Assembly (NCBI GenBank): GCA_951406725.2
Contig: OX597826.1
Coordinates: 73,904,001 to 73,968,000 of the forward strand
DNA: 64,000 nucleotides
Reading direction: 5' to 3'
Origin: Octopus vulgaris
Lineage: Eukaryota
Under the pieces are notes generated by a model, which saw only the letters and a list, made by a program, of their open reading frames with translations, was not told the DNA's origin and ran no database searches. Position 1 is the stretch's first letter; every line of letters starts with the position of its first letter. Below, one piece after another: positions 40,569 to 54,500 of the stretch. A program made the translations under genes and the position numbers.

Positions 40569-41424
40569 AATATATATACTACATATATATTATCATATCA
40601 TCATCATTTAACGTCCCTTGTCCATGCTAGCATGGGTATCACGGTTTGACAGGAGGTGGCCAGTTGGAGAGCTGCCCCGGGCTCTATTTATCTGTTTTGG
40701 CAACGTTTGTGCATTCACCCAAAGTGTAGTTTCAGGTTGGCAAATATGTACATTATTTGAAAAAAAAAAATGGAAGGAATGATTTCTTTCTTGAGGAGAT
40801 GCTAAAAGTGATAGGAAAAGTTAAGATATTATATCTGTAAAAAGTCGTTCCTTCAAAAAGATCGCCTTAAAATGGTATCTTATCGCACATGCATTCACAC
40901 AGGAGGAACTCTGTGATTTGCTGCCCATATGATAAATCGCTTTGTTTAAAATACTTTATTCACTTACAAACGAAGCCATACAGAATAAAAAATAATAAAA
41001 AACGATACTTGTGGGGGACAATTCTCTGTAACTAGCTACTTAAATAAATAGAAACACATTCATACAAACAAGAAACCACTTCAATGTAATTCAGTAAACG
41101 ATTACCACATATAGTTTAACTAAACGATATATTTTAATTAAACAGAGACTTAGCCATTATAGGCACATTCATATTAATGTAACGTGTGATGGACTCGGAA
41201 AGTTACGAGAAAGTTTACGGTCAAAGGGAAGCAACTCAATACATTACAATCAGATAAATCATTTTTCTTGAAATAGTCTTGAAAAAACTAGAGAAACCAG
41301 AATACAGTGACATGATATGATTACAAAGGAGTAACCATATCAATGTAATTCAGTAAATCATTATCACAAGAAAATATCTAAACAGAAACAGAACTATAAG
41401 CACATTCATATTAATGTGATATTT

Positions 41425-41788
41425 CTCTCTCTACATATAAAGCTGAAGTTGTCTGTGTATGGCAGGTTTGGTAGCCTTCAACTAACACTATCTCCTCTGA
41501 GACCCTGCGGCGCAAGTTGACCAAAATTGAGAGTATGATAGAAGAAGGCTTGCTCTTTATTCCGTAGAAGAAAAAATTCAAATCAGACCATGTTAAGACC
41601 AAAGATTATTTACATCAAAAAGGTGCTTTTTATTCTATGAAAATCCCTATTAATTACGATTTTTTGACTGCTGTGTCACCATTTTTCGGTGTATTTCAAC
41701 CAGAAAAATGTTCACTTAAAGAGAATAACAAGCTACATAATGCAAAAGTTTTACTTTTCAAAAATTCAAATTCTAAAGGGTTGAAACT
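41425..41788 (+). mobile_element. Possible Helitron-like repeat, 5' portion
   Basis: Starts TCTACATATAAAGCTGAAGTTGTCTGTG, a Helitron-like 5' end; the 3' end is replaced by a SINE B fragment, and no CTRR or hairpin was seen. Confidence 0.3.
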
Positions 41789-41921
41789 TTGCCTTTCATC
41801 CTTTCGGGGTCGATTAAATAAGTACCAGTTACGCACTGGAGTCGATATAATCGATTTAATCCGTTTGTCTGTCCTTGTTTGTCCCCTCTGTGTGTAGCCC
41901 CTTGTGGGCAGTAAGGAAATA

Positions 41922-42070
<149 letters not shown>

Positions 42071-42508
42071 AACTGTCTAAATTTTTTCTTTTCTTTTTTT
42101 CTACTCTAGGCACAATGCCCAAAATTTGGTGGGAGGAAACCAGTCGATTAGATGGACTCAGTACGCAACTGGTACTTAATTTATCGATCCCGAATTTGAA
42201 CTGACATTATTAGAAATAGTGTCTAACTATTTTAACAGATTAATGTTATGGAGGAGGATGGCTTCTCGTTTGTGGGAAAAAAGAAAAGCAGAGAGAAATA
42301 AGGAAAACAGCTGTAAAGACTAATGGAAGAAGAAGAAGATAAAGAAAAAGAAGATAAAGAAGAAGGTAAAAAGAAGAAGAAGAAGATAAAGAAGAACAAG
42401 AAGAAGAAGAAGGAAGTTATTTAAAGGGGAGATAATCCTGGCAGGTTTTGGAATTTCTATGAAACTCATTTCCGTTTCAAAGTTTTTCCTTTCCTTAAAT
42501 ACTCGAAG

Positions 42509-45500
42509 ATGCCAAAGAAACGGGTAGGAAATTCTTTTTTTATTATCCTTCGTGTTCTATTGATAGATTGGAAAATATAATATCAGAAATATATAGGTTG
42601 TGTGATATATTCATGATAGTAATTTTACTGCATAAGCAAACACACGTGAGACGAAATGAACAACGAAATGTTAATTATTTATAATTATAAAAAGATTAAT
42701 TATTTCTAAATAACGAAATTAGTTATAAATAACTGTTTTCAACAAAACATTATTGCGTACATGCCTCCGAGTTTTTTTTTAATGATTCTGAATCTGTCTT
42801 TTAGAGTTTTCCAAGCTTTTTAATAAATTCTTAATTACACCAAGACACGTGGAGTATTTCAGACACGTGCGTGTGTGAAAAGACATTTTTTCCTAGTTTT
42901 TAATTTTTCTTTTAATATTGTCGTAATTTTCGCAATTCTGAATTTGATGGAATTCTTCTAAGATTGCTGGGTTCTTCCCACAGCAATCGCTTAAGTGTTG
43001 ATTCATTTTAGTGACTTAATTGTGTCATATTTTTGAACATCACACAAGAATCCTACAACGAATCTATAAATTTTATTTACAGGCTTCTTAACGAATTAAA
43101 AAAAAAAATACCCGTTTCGAGGCCTGCCAAGTTAGTTGGACATGATTTCATATTAGACTGTCGTCTATACATCAATTATTGAATGCTATTTAAAACAATG
43201 TTTTTTTGAAACATTTTGTTTATTGATAATTACTATCTTGTCTATATGAAAACCCTTACTAGTGCGCATATTAAATAATTTGGGACATCGATCTCTCTAC
43301 ACGTTGATCTTAGCAACAAGGCCGAGATAGACATTTGTCTCATTGACGAATTTTGGTAGTAAATCTTTGGCATCAAAATCTTCCTCATTTCATCTTATTT
43401 TGATAATGGCTATTTTCGCTTTGCCGTTGAATCGTTGTTGTGTCCACTCCTTCAAACAGCATCACTGACATTGAGTTTACCGATAAGTCCTCTATTTCCC
43501 CCAATCTTCCCTTTAGTTCATTATGTTTATACACATTACTAAACAGTATATCAGCATCTTTAATATCAATTATTTTTGGAGCTTCTTCATAAACACACCT
43601 CTCCAGTATCTTTAGGGTTAATTGGAGTTGTGCGTTTCGGAAGAAGCGCCATATTTTTCCTTGGGTTGTTTCAGAGTTTGTTTTTTGTATCTTTCTCCTT
43701 AGTTCCTTCTTAGATGCTGCTGAGCCCATCCTTCCGCTGTCATCTGCTCATTCTCTTCACTCCACCGTGTTCCCATTTACTGACCTTTAAACCAACCGAA
43801 TACTTCAGTATCCCCCAAAATTATCTCCGATGACATAGAAATTCCCAGAATCTTCATTTCTTCTCTATACTCTCTCGAAAGAGGGTCATGCACCCCGTAG
43901 TGTTAGGACTTGTCTCCTCGCGTCATATTTATTCAGGGCGATCTTTCGTTTGTAGTAGCACGTTTCCGTCGATGATTTCCGTAAAAAACTTTTATTAATT
44001 TTTACATATAGGCTTGCGGGAACAGTTGTATTGTTGCCAACGTAAAGCATTTTTAGTCTCTTCGGATTCTTCCGTTTTATAACGTTTAAAGACTTTAAAG
44101 TTTAAAATGGATTCTGCTTGCTTACTTGGAATCTCGTACATAGATCCTTCTCAACTGATGCTGGTGTGTTTACGTCCCTGTAACTTAGCGGTTCGGCATA
44201 AGAGACCGATAGAATAAGTACTAGGCTTACAAAGAATAAGTCCTGGGGTCGATTTGCTCGACTAAAGGCGGTACTCCAGCATGGCCGCAGTCAAATGACT
44301 GAAACATGTAAAAGAAAAGGAAAAAAATATATATACACCATGAAAACTCATGTAATTTGCGCAGGTGATTTTCAGGATAATAATGTTAAAAAAAAAGCTT
44401 TTACTTGTGTAAAATTTGCACCCAAAAGTTTTCAGACTTGCTGATGTGGCTGGGGGTGGGGGGTTTCTTTCAATTTAGTTGTATAAGTTTAATTACCAAT
44501 AAACATCAGCTTGGATGACACTTTACTCAACCGACAGAGGAAGGTGACCGATCAAACTGATTATATAAACAAAATTCTGGTCTCAAGCTCTGATTTTCTG
44601 CCTATTCTTGTCAGAACCTTTAATACAGAGTATCAAAATTTTAACCTTAATCCCTTTCACACTTATAAAATGTCAAGCAAACTTAAACACTTGTCATTAT
44701 CATTTTAGCCGGGTGACCAAACTGATAGTTTGGTAACCTGCTAAAATAAACATTAAAATTCAAAAGGAGAAAATAAACAGCTTTGCAAGCTTAACCCAGT
44801 GTTTATTGAACAAGAGAGATGCGAAATTTAAGAAGTGACTTGTTAGAATATACACGTCTGTGAGGAGACATAAACAAGAATAGCAAAAGTCTACTATACC
44901 AAAAGAACTGGTAATACATACATTACAAGTGTTCTATGAAGGGAGCATGAGATTGCTGCATAATTCAACATGAATGTGAAACGATATTAAACATCGTATA
45001 AGGTAAATGAAGGTTTCTGTAGGAATACTAAGTCATATTCATTGAGTGAGTTTACATGCGCAAGGACGAATTATGGTGTTAGATGCTGTAAGAGCTTGTA
45101 GCAGCAATGTTGGTGGTGATGAATTTCATTGTTCTAATGTGGAGAAAGTGAGCAATAGCTTCCTGGAGGCAAATATAGGCTAGACTTCTAAAGTGGATAA
45201 AAACTGATCTATTTAAGGGAATTACTGGGCTCCATTGCGATAGGTAGGAACTTCAAGCAATGTGAAATATGGCCCAGACTGTGATTACCAGCATGAATGT
45301 TAAACTTCAAAAAGTATTTAACCGTTTAATGGTTTTAGTAAATTTATAGAGAAAAAGTAAGCATTATACCATCCAGCATAAATAAAAGTCAACTTCATAT
45401 TTTTTCTGTAAAAACCTATTCTGACATTAAATGAGTCAACTTCTGGTACGAATGTTTACATTTGTGCATCATTTTTTACAAAAAAAATTTCTAAAAAAAT

Positions 45501-48500
45501 TCTGTAAACAATCTACTCATGTAATTTACACAGACCTTAAAGTTTATTTTTGTTTTTGCGAAAAATGTGCATAAATTACATAGGTTTTTTTACTATATAT
45601 ATATATATGCACACACACGAGTAAGCACGTAAATGTGAAACAAGGTGGTAAAAAAAATAGTACTCAAATACCGGAAGTAGAGTAATGTTTTTGTTTTTAT
45701 TATTAAAGGTGCAAAAACATCACAAAAAAAAAAACTGCTCCTCAAATTCAAATGTTTCCTCATTCGTTGGGCTGTTGTGGTTGAGAATTTTTAATCACAT
45801 CTGCCCAACAAACAGGAATGTGAAAGTCTGAGTAGCAGCCTTTTTGTGATGCTTTTACAGCTTTAATAATAATTAAAAAAGCATATGTATGTGTGTGTGT
45901 GTATATATATGTGTATGTATATGTGTGTGTGTATATATATGTGTATGTATATGTGTGTGTGTATATATATGTATGTATATGTGTGTGTGTATATATATAT
46001 ATATGTGTGTGTGTATATATGTATATATGTGTATATATGTATATATATGTGTGTGTGTGTATGTATATATATGTGTGTGTGTGTATATATGTATATATAT
46101 GTGTGTGTGTGTATATATATGTATATATATATGTGTTCTTCAGGATGTTGTAAATTTTGAGATAATGATCGTATCATTTCCGCTTCTTGTTTCTTCCAGG
46201 CCAAGTCCGTGCGTGCACATAAAGCAACACAGAAAGAAGAGGATTCAGATTTAAAAAAGGCTCCCCATTCGTTTGTCATTAAAAGTGGAAATGTAGGGAA
46301 ATATGTACAGCAGTTAGTAAAAGATGTCAGGAAAGTCATGGAACCTTATACAGCATCCAAATTGAAGGTACATATTCTTTTCAGCCTAAATATTTTTCTC
46401 CTGTTCTTCGTGCATGCATTTATACCTGTGAATGACATTGTCAGTTTTTAATGTAAATGACCTGCTGATGCCATGTAAAAAAAGCACCAGTTTACTCTGT
46501 AAAATGGTTGGCGTTTGGAAGGGCACCCGGCCATAGATACCATGTCAAACCAGACAATTGGACCCTGGTGCTGCTCTCCTGTCAAACTGACCAACCCATG
46601 CCAGCATGGAGAATGGTGATGATGATGATGATTGTGTCTGTTGGCACAAGCGTGATTGTGTGGACAAGAAGCATGCTTCCAGCCCCATGGTTTTGGGTTC
46701 AGTCCCACAGCATGGAACCTTGTGCAAATGTTTTCTGCTATAGCCCCTAGGCCAACCAAAGCCTTGTCAGTGGGTTTGGAAGAAACCTATTGTATGAATG
46801 TGTGGGTATGTTCGTGTTTGTGTCTCCTTTTGTCTTGGCATTGAATAATTGTTGGAGATAAATGTCATGCATTTCTGTATTCTCCAAAAACGTCTGGCTG
46901 TGGGAAATTACTACCTTGCTTGGAAATAGGTTTGGCTTGGCAACAGGAATGGCATTTAGCTGTAGAAAAATCTGCCTTGATAAACTCCTGTCTGACCCAT
47001 TCAAGCATCGAAAGATGGGTGTTACAATGATGATGATGTTAATAACATTGCCAGAAACAGAATGAGTTTCAAGGCCTAACCTTCCATACTAAGTCAGTAA
47101 TGGTGAATTTTCCCAATAAATAATTGACAAAATCTCTTTAATCTTTTGAGTAACGTATTAGGATTTTTTTTTTTTTCTTTTATTCATTTTACATATTTTC
47201 CATTATTTTATTTCTTAGGTCAAAAAATGGAACAGAATAAAGGATTTCACTACAATTGCAGGCTATTTTAATGTCACACAAATATTATGCTTCACAAGAA
47301 CAGACAACTATTTGAATCTGCGCATCATTCGACAGCCTCGGGGACCAACTTTATACTTTAAAGTCTGTGAATACTCATTAACAAAGGATGTTGAATCTGC
47401 AATGAAATCTATCAATCGAAATTCTAAACAATTTGACCACCAACCTTTGTTGGTGATGAAAAACCTAAACGTAAAAACAATAAGCATGAAGCTCGTTACT
47501 ACAGTCTTTCAGAACCTCTTTCCTTCAATTAATGTCAACCAGGTAAGTTTATGTCATGAAATTTTGTTACTTCAATTGCTTAACCCTTTTGATACCAACC
47601 TGACAGAAACCACCTCTGGCTCCGTAGTAAAAATGTCTTGTTTTCATAAGTTTTGAATTAAAATCTTCCGATAAACCTTAATCACAATTTATTTTCCTAA
47701 CACTAGCTTAATGATAACTAAGTTATTTTACTAAATTCTTTGTTATATTTATAATTAATTAAAAGAAACGCAGAGCATCTCAACAGAAATAATGGTAACA
47801 AAAGGGTTAATGAATATCTGGGTCTTGAAACCAAGGTACCATGGAAAATGTGTTGATGTTGGTGCCACCTAAAGTGTACAGGTGATGGTAGCATGAAAAA
47901 AAGCACCCATTACACTGTAAAGTAGTTGGTGTTATGAAGGGCATCCAACTGTAGAGACCATGCCAAAACAGACTGGCTGTACTAGCTCTTCTCAAGCCAT
48001 CCAACCCATGCCAACATGGATAAATGGTGATGATGATGATGTTTCTTTTCAGAAGTTTTGAGACTTTTTCACAAGAGACATTTAATAATTTCAAAGAAGT
48101 ACAAAGCCCTAATCTTCGAAGTAGGGGCCCTCTGACTTAAGTGCATTTATTGTAGCACTGCAGCCACTTTGTGAAGGCCCCTATGGAAGTCCTTCTACAT
48201 GAAAGTGTCCAACACCTTTGCCATAGCCTTCATCTTCTCAATGTCTTCAAAATGACTGCCCTCGGGTTCTCCTTCAGCTTAGGGAACAGCCAAAAGTCAC
48301 AGGAGAGAGCAGGGTCTGGACTGCAGGGAGGGGGGTGGACAGTTTTGATGCCCATCAAACCAAATAGTTGGTTACCAGGATGGCATTGTCTCAGTGCTGC
48401 AGGTGCCATCAACCAGAGTGGGAGGGCTCTGACCTTTTGCAACAAAATCTCTTCCTGAACTCCCTCAGGACCTCCACAAAGTACACTTTGTTGACTGTTT

Positions 48501-51500
48501 GACCAGAGGGGACCCAGTGGCTGTAGAAGATGCCCTTGGTTGTTAAAAGAGGAAACCATTGTGAGCTTTCTAGTGGACTTCTTGAGTCTGAGGGAGCCTG
48601 GATGCTCCCCTGATACTCTCTCTTGATCTCTGGATCATATCAGTAGTTCCAGATGTCGTCCCAGTTCACCAGAGACTCCAATAACTCTTGGATTGGAGCT
48701 AATGAGCTCAACCATCTCCCTGCTGCCACGAATGCATTTTCCCTTCTGTTGTCACTGAGCACCCTGAGAACAGACTCTGCACAGATTTTGTGCACGTTCA
48801 GATCTTCATGAATAATTCTGTGTTCAGTTGCCATGCCAACTCTAAACTGTCAGCTTATTGTCTTTATAGACACACAACACTCTCTATCCAGAAAATAGTG
48901 AATTTTCTCAACCAGCTCCGGTGTTCTGACATTCCCTCTCCTTCCACACCTCTCATTGTCTCCTTCCTACTCTCTACTGTCCTTGAGTTTCTTGTATGAG
49001 TTGAGCATCTGTTTTTTTTTTTGTTGGCACAAGTTAATCCACGACCAGTCAGGAGCATTTCACAAGTTTCTGTAGTGTTTTTTGCCCAGCTTCGCACAAA
49101 ATTTTATTGCATAGCAAGCTTCCAAATTGTCTTCACATCTCCTGACTGTGTGCTGCAAACTGGTCAGCTGTGATAAGCAGCATCTAGTAGGATGTGTTGA
49201 ATGTGCAGTTACAACCATGTCTTTCAATCTGGAATGAAAAATGTTGGCTGGTCAGCTTTTTAGATGCATAATAATGATATAATACTAAAATTAAAATAAT
49301 CCTTGACAGTTATAATTGCTTCTCCTAAAAGTGTTTCAAAACTTCTGGATTGCATATCGTTATCAGTGTCCTATTATCATAGGTAAAACTCGGGATTTCA
49401 TCCCTAAACAAAACTCTTACTAGACAACTTTTTTATGAATCATTCTAACTTCAATCTCCCTTCAACTCTCCTATGGTCCCTTATCCTCATTATCTTGTGT
49501 GAAAACTTATTTCATTCAAAATAAACTAAGTAAATTTTGTTAGATTCTTATCTACTATTCGTAAGCAATGTGCTCCAAATCTGGTTTCTATCCTCATCAA
49601 ATTTTTAACCTTTATATCTCTACACGGTTTTTACACTTTGGATTTGGAAATACAAAAATGTGTAAACCACATCTTGAATAGAGAAACCTTTCTGATTATA
49701 CCAACAATAACTTCTAGCTCTCACTCACATTTCAGGCTTTATATATACACATACATACTGTGTGTGTGTGTGTGTACATGCGCACGTGCACATACACACA
49801 CATATGTTCTGACAGTAGAAATTCTCTTTGTCTTGTAACAAATGTCTCTTTCCCTTGAAAACATCAGTAAAAGCAAAGTTGTTGTCCCAGATTTCATCTT
49901 GTTCAATTCAACACCTTTTACTAGGCATTACACATCCTCTATGGACAAAGACCTCAAATTTTCCTTTCAGACTTAAACTGGTATTAAAATAAGGCGGTGA
50001 GCTGGCAGAAGCGTTAGCACGCCGGACGAAATGCCTAGCAGTATTTTGTCTGCCGTTACGTTCTGAGTTCAAATTCCGCCGAGGTCGACTTTGCCTTTCA
50101 TCCTTTCGGGGTCGATAAATTAAGTACCAGTTACGCATTGGGGTCGAAATAATCGACTTAATACCTATGTCTGTCCTTGTTTGTCCCCTCTGTGTTTAGC
50201 CCCTTGTGGGTAATAAAGAAATAGGTATTAAAACCAAGATATGGAAACACTTTTCATTTGAAGAAGCATTACATATGCGCACACACACATACACACACAC
50301 TTTTTGTGAGGAGTGCGACTGAAACGATCAGAAATGAGAAAGTTATTTTACAAAATTCTTCCTTATTTTAATTGAAACAAAAGGAGGTATATATATGCCA
50401 ACGGGAATATGGTAACAAAGGGGTTAAAAATTTGCTTTGAATTTCATTTCAGGTGAAACTAAGACGAATCAGGCGCTGTGTCTTGTTATTTTATGATCCC
50501 GAAACAGAATTAATACAATTCCGACATTAGTAAGTAAACACTTTGGAACTTTTTCCTTCTCTCTCTTTCCCTCCAACAAAGTTTTGCTGTTATTAAATGT
50601 AATACTTTATTGTACGGGTTACATGCAGTGTGGGCGTGTTTCATATTCCCGTCTCTCCAGTCTGTTTCTGTAGAACTCGCTTCTGGCAAGATGGACTCAG
50701 ATCACAACTGTTGTTATTTTAGGTGCAAGTGTGGCTGTGTGCTATGAAACTTGCTTCCCAACTCTGTGGTCTTGGGTTCAGTCCTACTGTGCAGGACCTT
50801 GGGCGAGTATCTTCTGCTACAACCCTGAGCCTACCAAAGCCTTCAAAGCAGATTTGGCAGATGGAAACTGAAAGAAGCCCATTATGTATATGTCTCTGTG
50901 TGTGTTTGTGTGTCTTTGACTTGACATCATGCATCACCACTTGTTTTCAATGAAGACCATACCTGGCCATAGGAAAATATTACCTTGCTTGGAAACATAA
51001 GGGTTGGTGACAGGAAGAGCATCCAACTGTAGAGATTCTACCTTGATGAATTCTTTCTGATCCATTCAGGCATGGAAAATGGAGCATTAAATGATGATGG
51101 TGATGATGATGATGATACCTGTGGTGGAGTGCTTCTCAATGCTGTGGCTGGAGTTAAATGAAATGATAAATACAGCTGCTCTTTTCGTGTGTCTATGCTT
51201 TCTATGTTTGTCTAGTCTGAGTGAATGGAATGGTGTCGTGTGTTTGTGAGGCGATTGATCATGTTTATCAATGGTGATTGGATGAGCAAGAGTTTGCTAT
51301 CGTCTTTCAGGAATATATATCTTCTTATTTCTTTACTACCCACAAGGGGCTACACACAGAGGGGACAAACAAGGACAGATAAACGGATTAAGTCGATTAC
51401 ATCGACCTCGGTGCGTAACTGGTACTTATTTAATTGACCCCTAAAGGATGAAATACAAATCCAACCTCGGTGGAATTTGAACTCAGAACGTAGTGACAGA

Positions 51501-54500
51501 CGAAATACCGTTATGCCTTTTCCCCCGGCATGCTAACATTTCTGCCAGCTCCCCACCTCCTGTCTATATTTAACTCTTTAGCATTCAGATTACTCCGTCA
51601 AATGTGTTGTTTATTTATTCACGTTGTTTTGAATTACTCATGCATTATCTCATAACTTTGAGACTTTGATGACATGATTGTTTATTTTAAGAACGGCATT
51701 GAAAGCTAAGTGTGAGATGCTGGATCTGGCTGGTTTGAACATGAAATGAGTAGAATATCTGGGCCAGCTTAACCCTTTCATTACCGTATTTATTTTGAGA
51801 TGTTTTGTGTTTCTTTCAATTAATTTTAAATATAACAAAGAATTTAGTAAAATAACTCGGTTATCATTCAGCTAATGTTAGGAACATAAACTGTGACTAA
51901 GGTTTGGTGGAAGATTTTAATTCAAAACTTATGGAAACAAGACATTTGTACGACAGAGCCAGGGGTGGTTTCAGCCGGGTTGGTATTGAAAGAGTTAAAC
52001 CGGCCATATCTGGGCCAAACATTCTACATGTTTATATTCCAACTGACCAGATTCAACCTCTTACTCCTGCCCTACAATGTTACTCTAAAAATAAACAATG
52101 ACATCGAGGAAATCTCAAAGTTGAAAGATAATCCTTGCTTAATTCAGAGCAATGTAAATCAGTAAGTATTGCATTTTTGACAGGGTCAGTTTGGATGCTA
52201 AAGAGTTAAGGGAGATTTGCTGTGTAACGAAATGTTATTCTGCTGAATCAATCATGGGAATGTTTTACATAAGCATGCAAAGTGGCTGATGCTGGTGGCA
52301 CGTGAAAAGCACCTTGTGAGTGTTGGGCCTCACGGAAGCAATGACGAATGACTGAGGCCTTTGACATTATGTCATGCTTGACATCATGCATCACTCTCCC
52401 TTGACCAGAAATGGCCTGAACTCTTTGCATGAACACCCTCCATGTACATAACTCCATGTCCCCCTACATGGCCTTGCTTTTTTGCTTTTTGAGCCCCAAA
52501 ATTAACTTAACTTAAGACCCATGAAGCCAAGTAAAATGGTGATTGTGGCAGGTACTGGTGTCACCCAAATGGCACCCATTACACTCTTGGAAGTTGGTGT
52601 TAGGAAGGGCATGCAGCCATAGAAACCATGCCAGGTCAGACTGGAGTCTGGTGCCAGCCCTGGTCAAACCATCCAACCCATGCCAGGATGGACAATGGAT
52701 ATTAAATGATTTCTGTAAATTCTGTTTCTATTTCATCGGTTTTCTTTTCTTTTCTTTTTTTCTTTCCAGTAATATTAGGGTTGTTCCCACGGGTCTCACT
52801 CCGGCTGTCAGGAAAATTATCAAAAAGAAGAAAGTTCCCAACCTTGGCAACTATAAGGACATCAGTGACTATATTGAGAAGTATGATATTTATTGTGTTT
52901 TGTGGAGTGTGTTCAATATATTATATGTTACTTAAGGTACATTTTAGAGATGAAAGAAAAGAAATGTATGGCGGGAACTGAGAAGTTCCTGGTTTTATGT
53001 AAAAGAAAATATTTTATTCAATGTATTCCCCTCTCAGATTCACACATTTATGGCAGTGGCCCTTCAGTCTTTCTAAGATCTGTAAAAGAACTTGGAAAGT
53101 TGGGCCTCCAACCAGGCCTTTTGCAATACCCTTAAAGCCAAAAGCTGTCCAGCACCCGCTTGTAACTAAAGAGATTAACCCTGCACCATACTAACAAGAT
53201 GGACATTAAACTAACAATGGTATTGTGTAACAGGATGCATCTCACCCAAGTAGTCATTCATTGGGTACCAAATCCAACCAATGGTAATCGTGGTACTAAA
53301 GGAGTTCAGGCGACTCTTAAGGGCCCTGGATGGCGTCAAAGTCTCCGACGTCCAGATGTCTAGAGATCTGGACCTTTGTTCTCCTGTACAGATATCAGCA
53401 GCACCAAGCACCCTGGTCCAGTGAGTCCATAACTGCATGAGCTCATCTCAGTCTTTTTAGGACTTCAAACTCCTAATTAATTCCACTATGAATTTCATTG
53501 TCAGAAAATACCAATTCTGTCTTTTGATAGATATTTAGCATCATTACTGAAATAAGCAGGAAATGTATTCATTGCTAAAAGGTTAAAAGTCTCTTTCGAA
53601 CAAAGGGAACTTAGTATGTACTTTCACAAAATCTGCCAAGGATTTAAAGTTTGTTTTGGGTGGGATTCAGCCCCCTTCTCGCCTGGCACGTAAAAAGCAC
53701 CCACTACACTCTTGGAGTGGTTGGCATTAGGAAGGGCATCCAGCTGTAGAAACCCTGCCAGATCAGACTGGAGCCTGGTGCAGCCTCCTGGCTTCCCAGA
53801 CCCCAGTCTAACTGTCCAACCCATGCCACTTATAACTTACTTAAGTGTTATCATTATACGCAATCCTAAATACAGCTATATAAACGCCATAGAGAATATA
53901 CTTCTGGAACGCTAACGAACATTAGCGAGAATGTATGTTGAATATGATTTTCTTGTTCTTTTAACCGTTATACTAGTATGGAAAATGGACATTAAACGAT
54001 GATGATTAAATTTATTTTACCTTTTTAATTGTCTTTTAAATTTGCGATGTATTTTTAGTGGTGGAAATCTATCTGAAAGTGAAGCTGAATTTGATGGTCC
54101 CCTAAATGAAGTTGTACTTCCTCAGGAGGTGTCAGGTGTTGGAAATAAAATAGCGAAAAAAAGTGCCATCAGGTAAGCCAACATTGAAAGATTTTTGATT
54201 GTAAGATTCATCAGTATGCTAGTATGTGCTAGGTTGGTTTCCCATAAAGCATATCACAACTGATCTTGTTATTTTATCAGTAAGAATCAACATCCTTGGA
54301 TTGTGGAGAGGTAAAAAGCATTTGATAACACATCACAGAATAACCAAAATACTATCCTTTGTATAGATTCTAGCCAGAACTGGTCACCTGGATCTCAGGT
54401 GTTCTCACTGGCCATTGCTTTATCTATCAATAGTTTCCATTTAGTTTTAATGTCTATTTATCCTCTACTCTTACAAATCCATTAAACCTTGTCCTATTAG

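Noticed and set aside
42270-42415. GAA-rich tract that translates as poly-Glu/Lys
   Set aside because: Low-complexity purine repeat upstream of the PPAN start, with no splice or homology support.
45863-46339. ORFs of 86-158 aa rich in Y/I/H/T or C/V/Y
   Set aside because: Translations of the TA/TG microsatellite; only 46200-46367 is a real PPAN exon.
53166-53460. GC-richer patch with ALDGVKVSDV, reminiscent of an R2/NeSL PGxDG motif
   Set aside because: Too short and degenerate to assign by eye.
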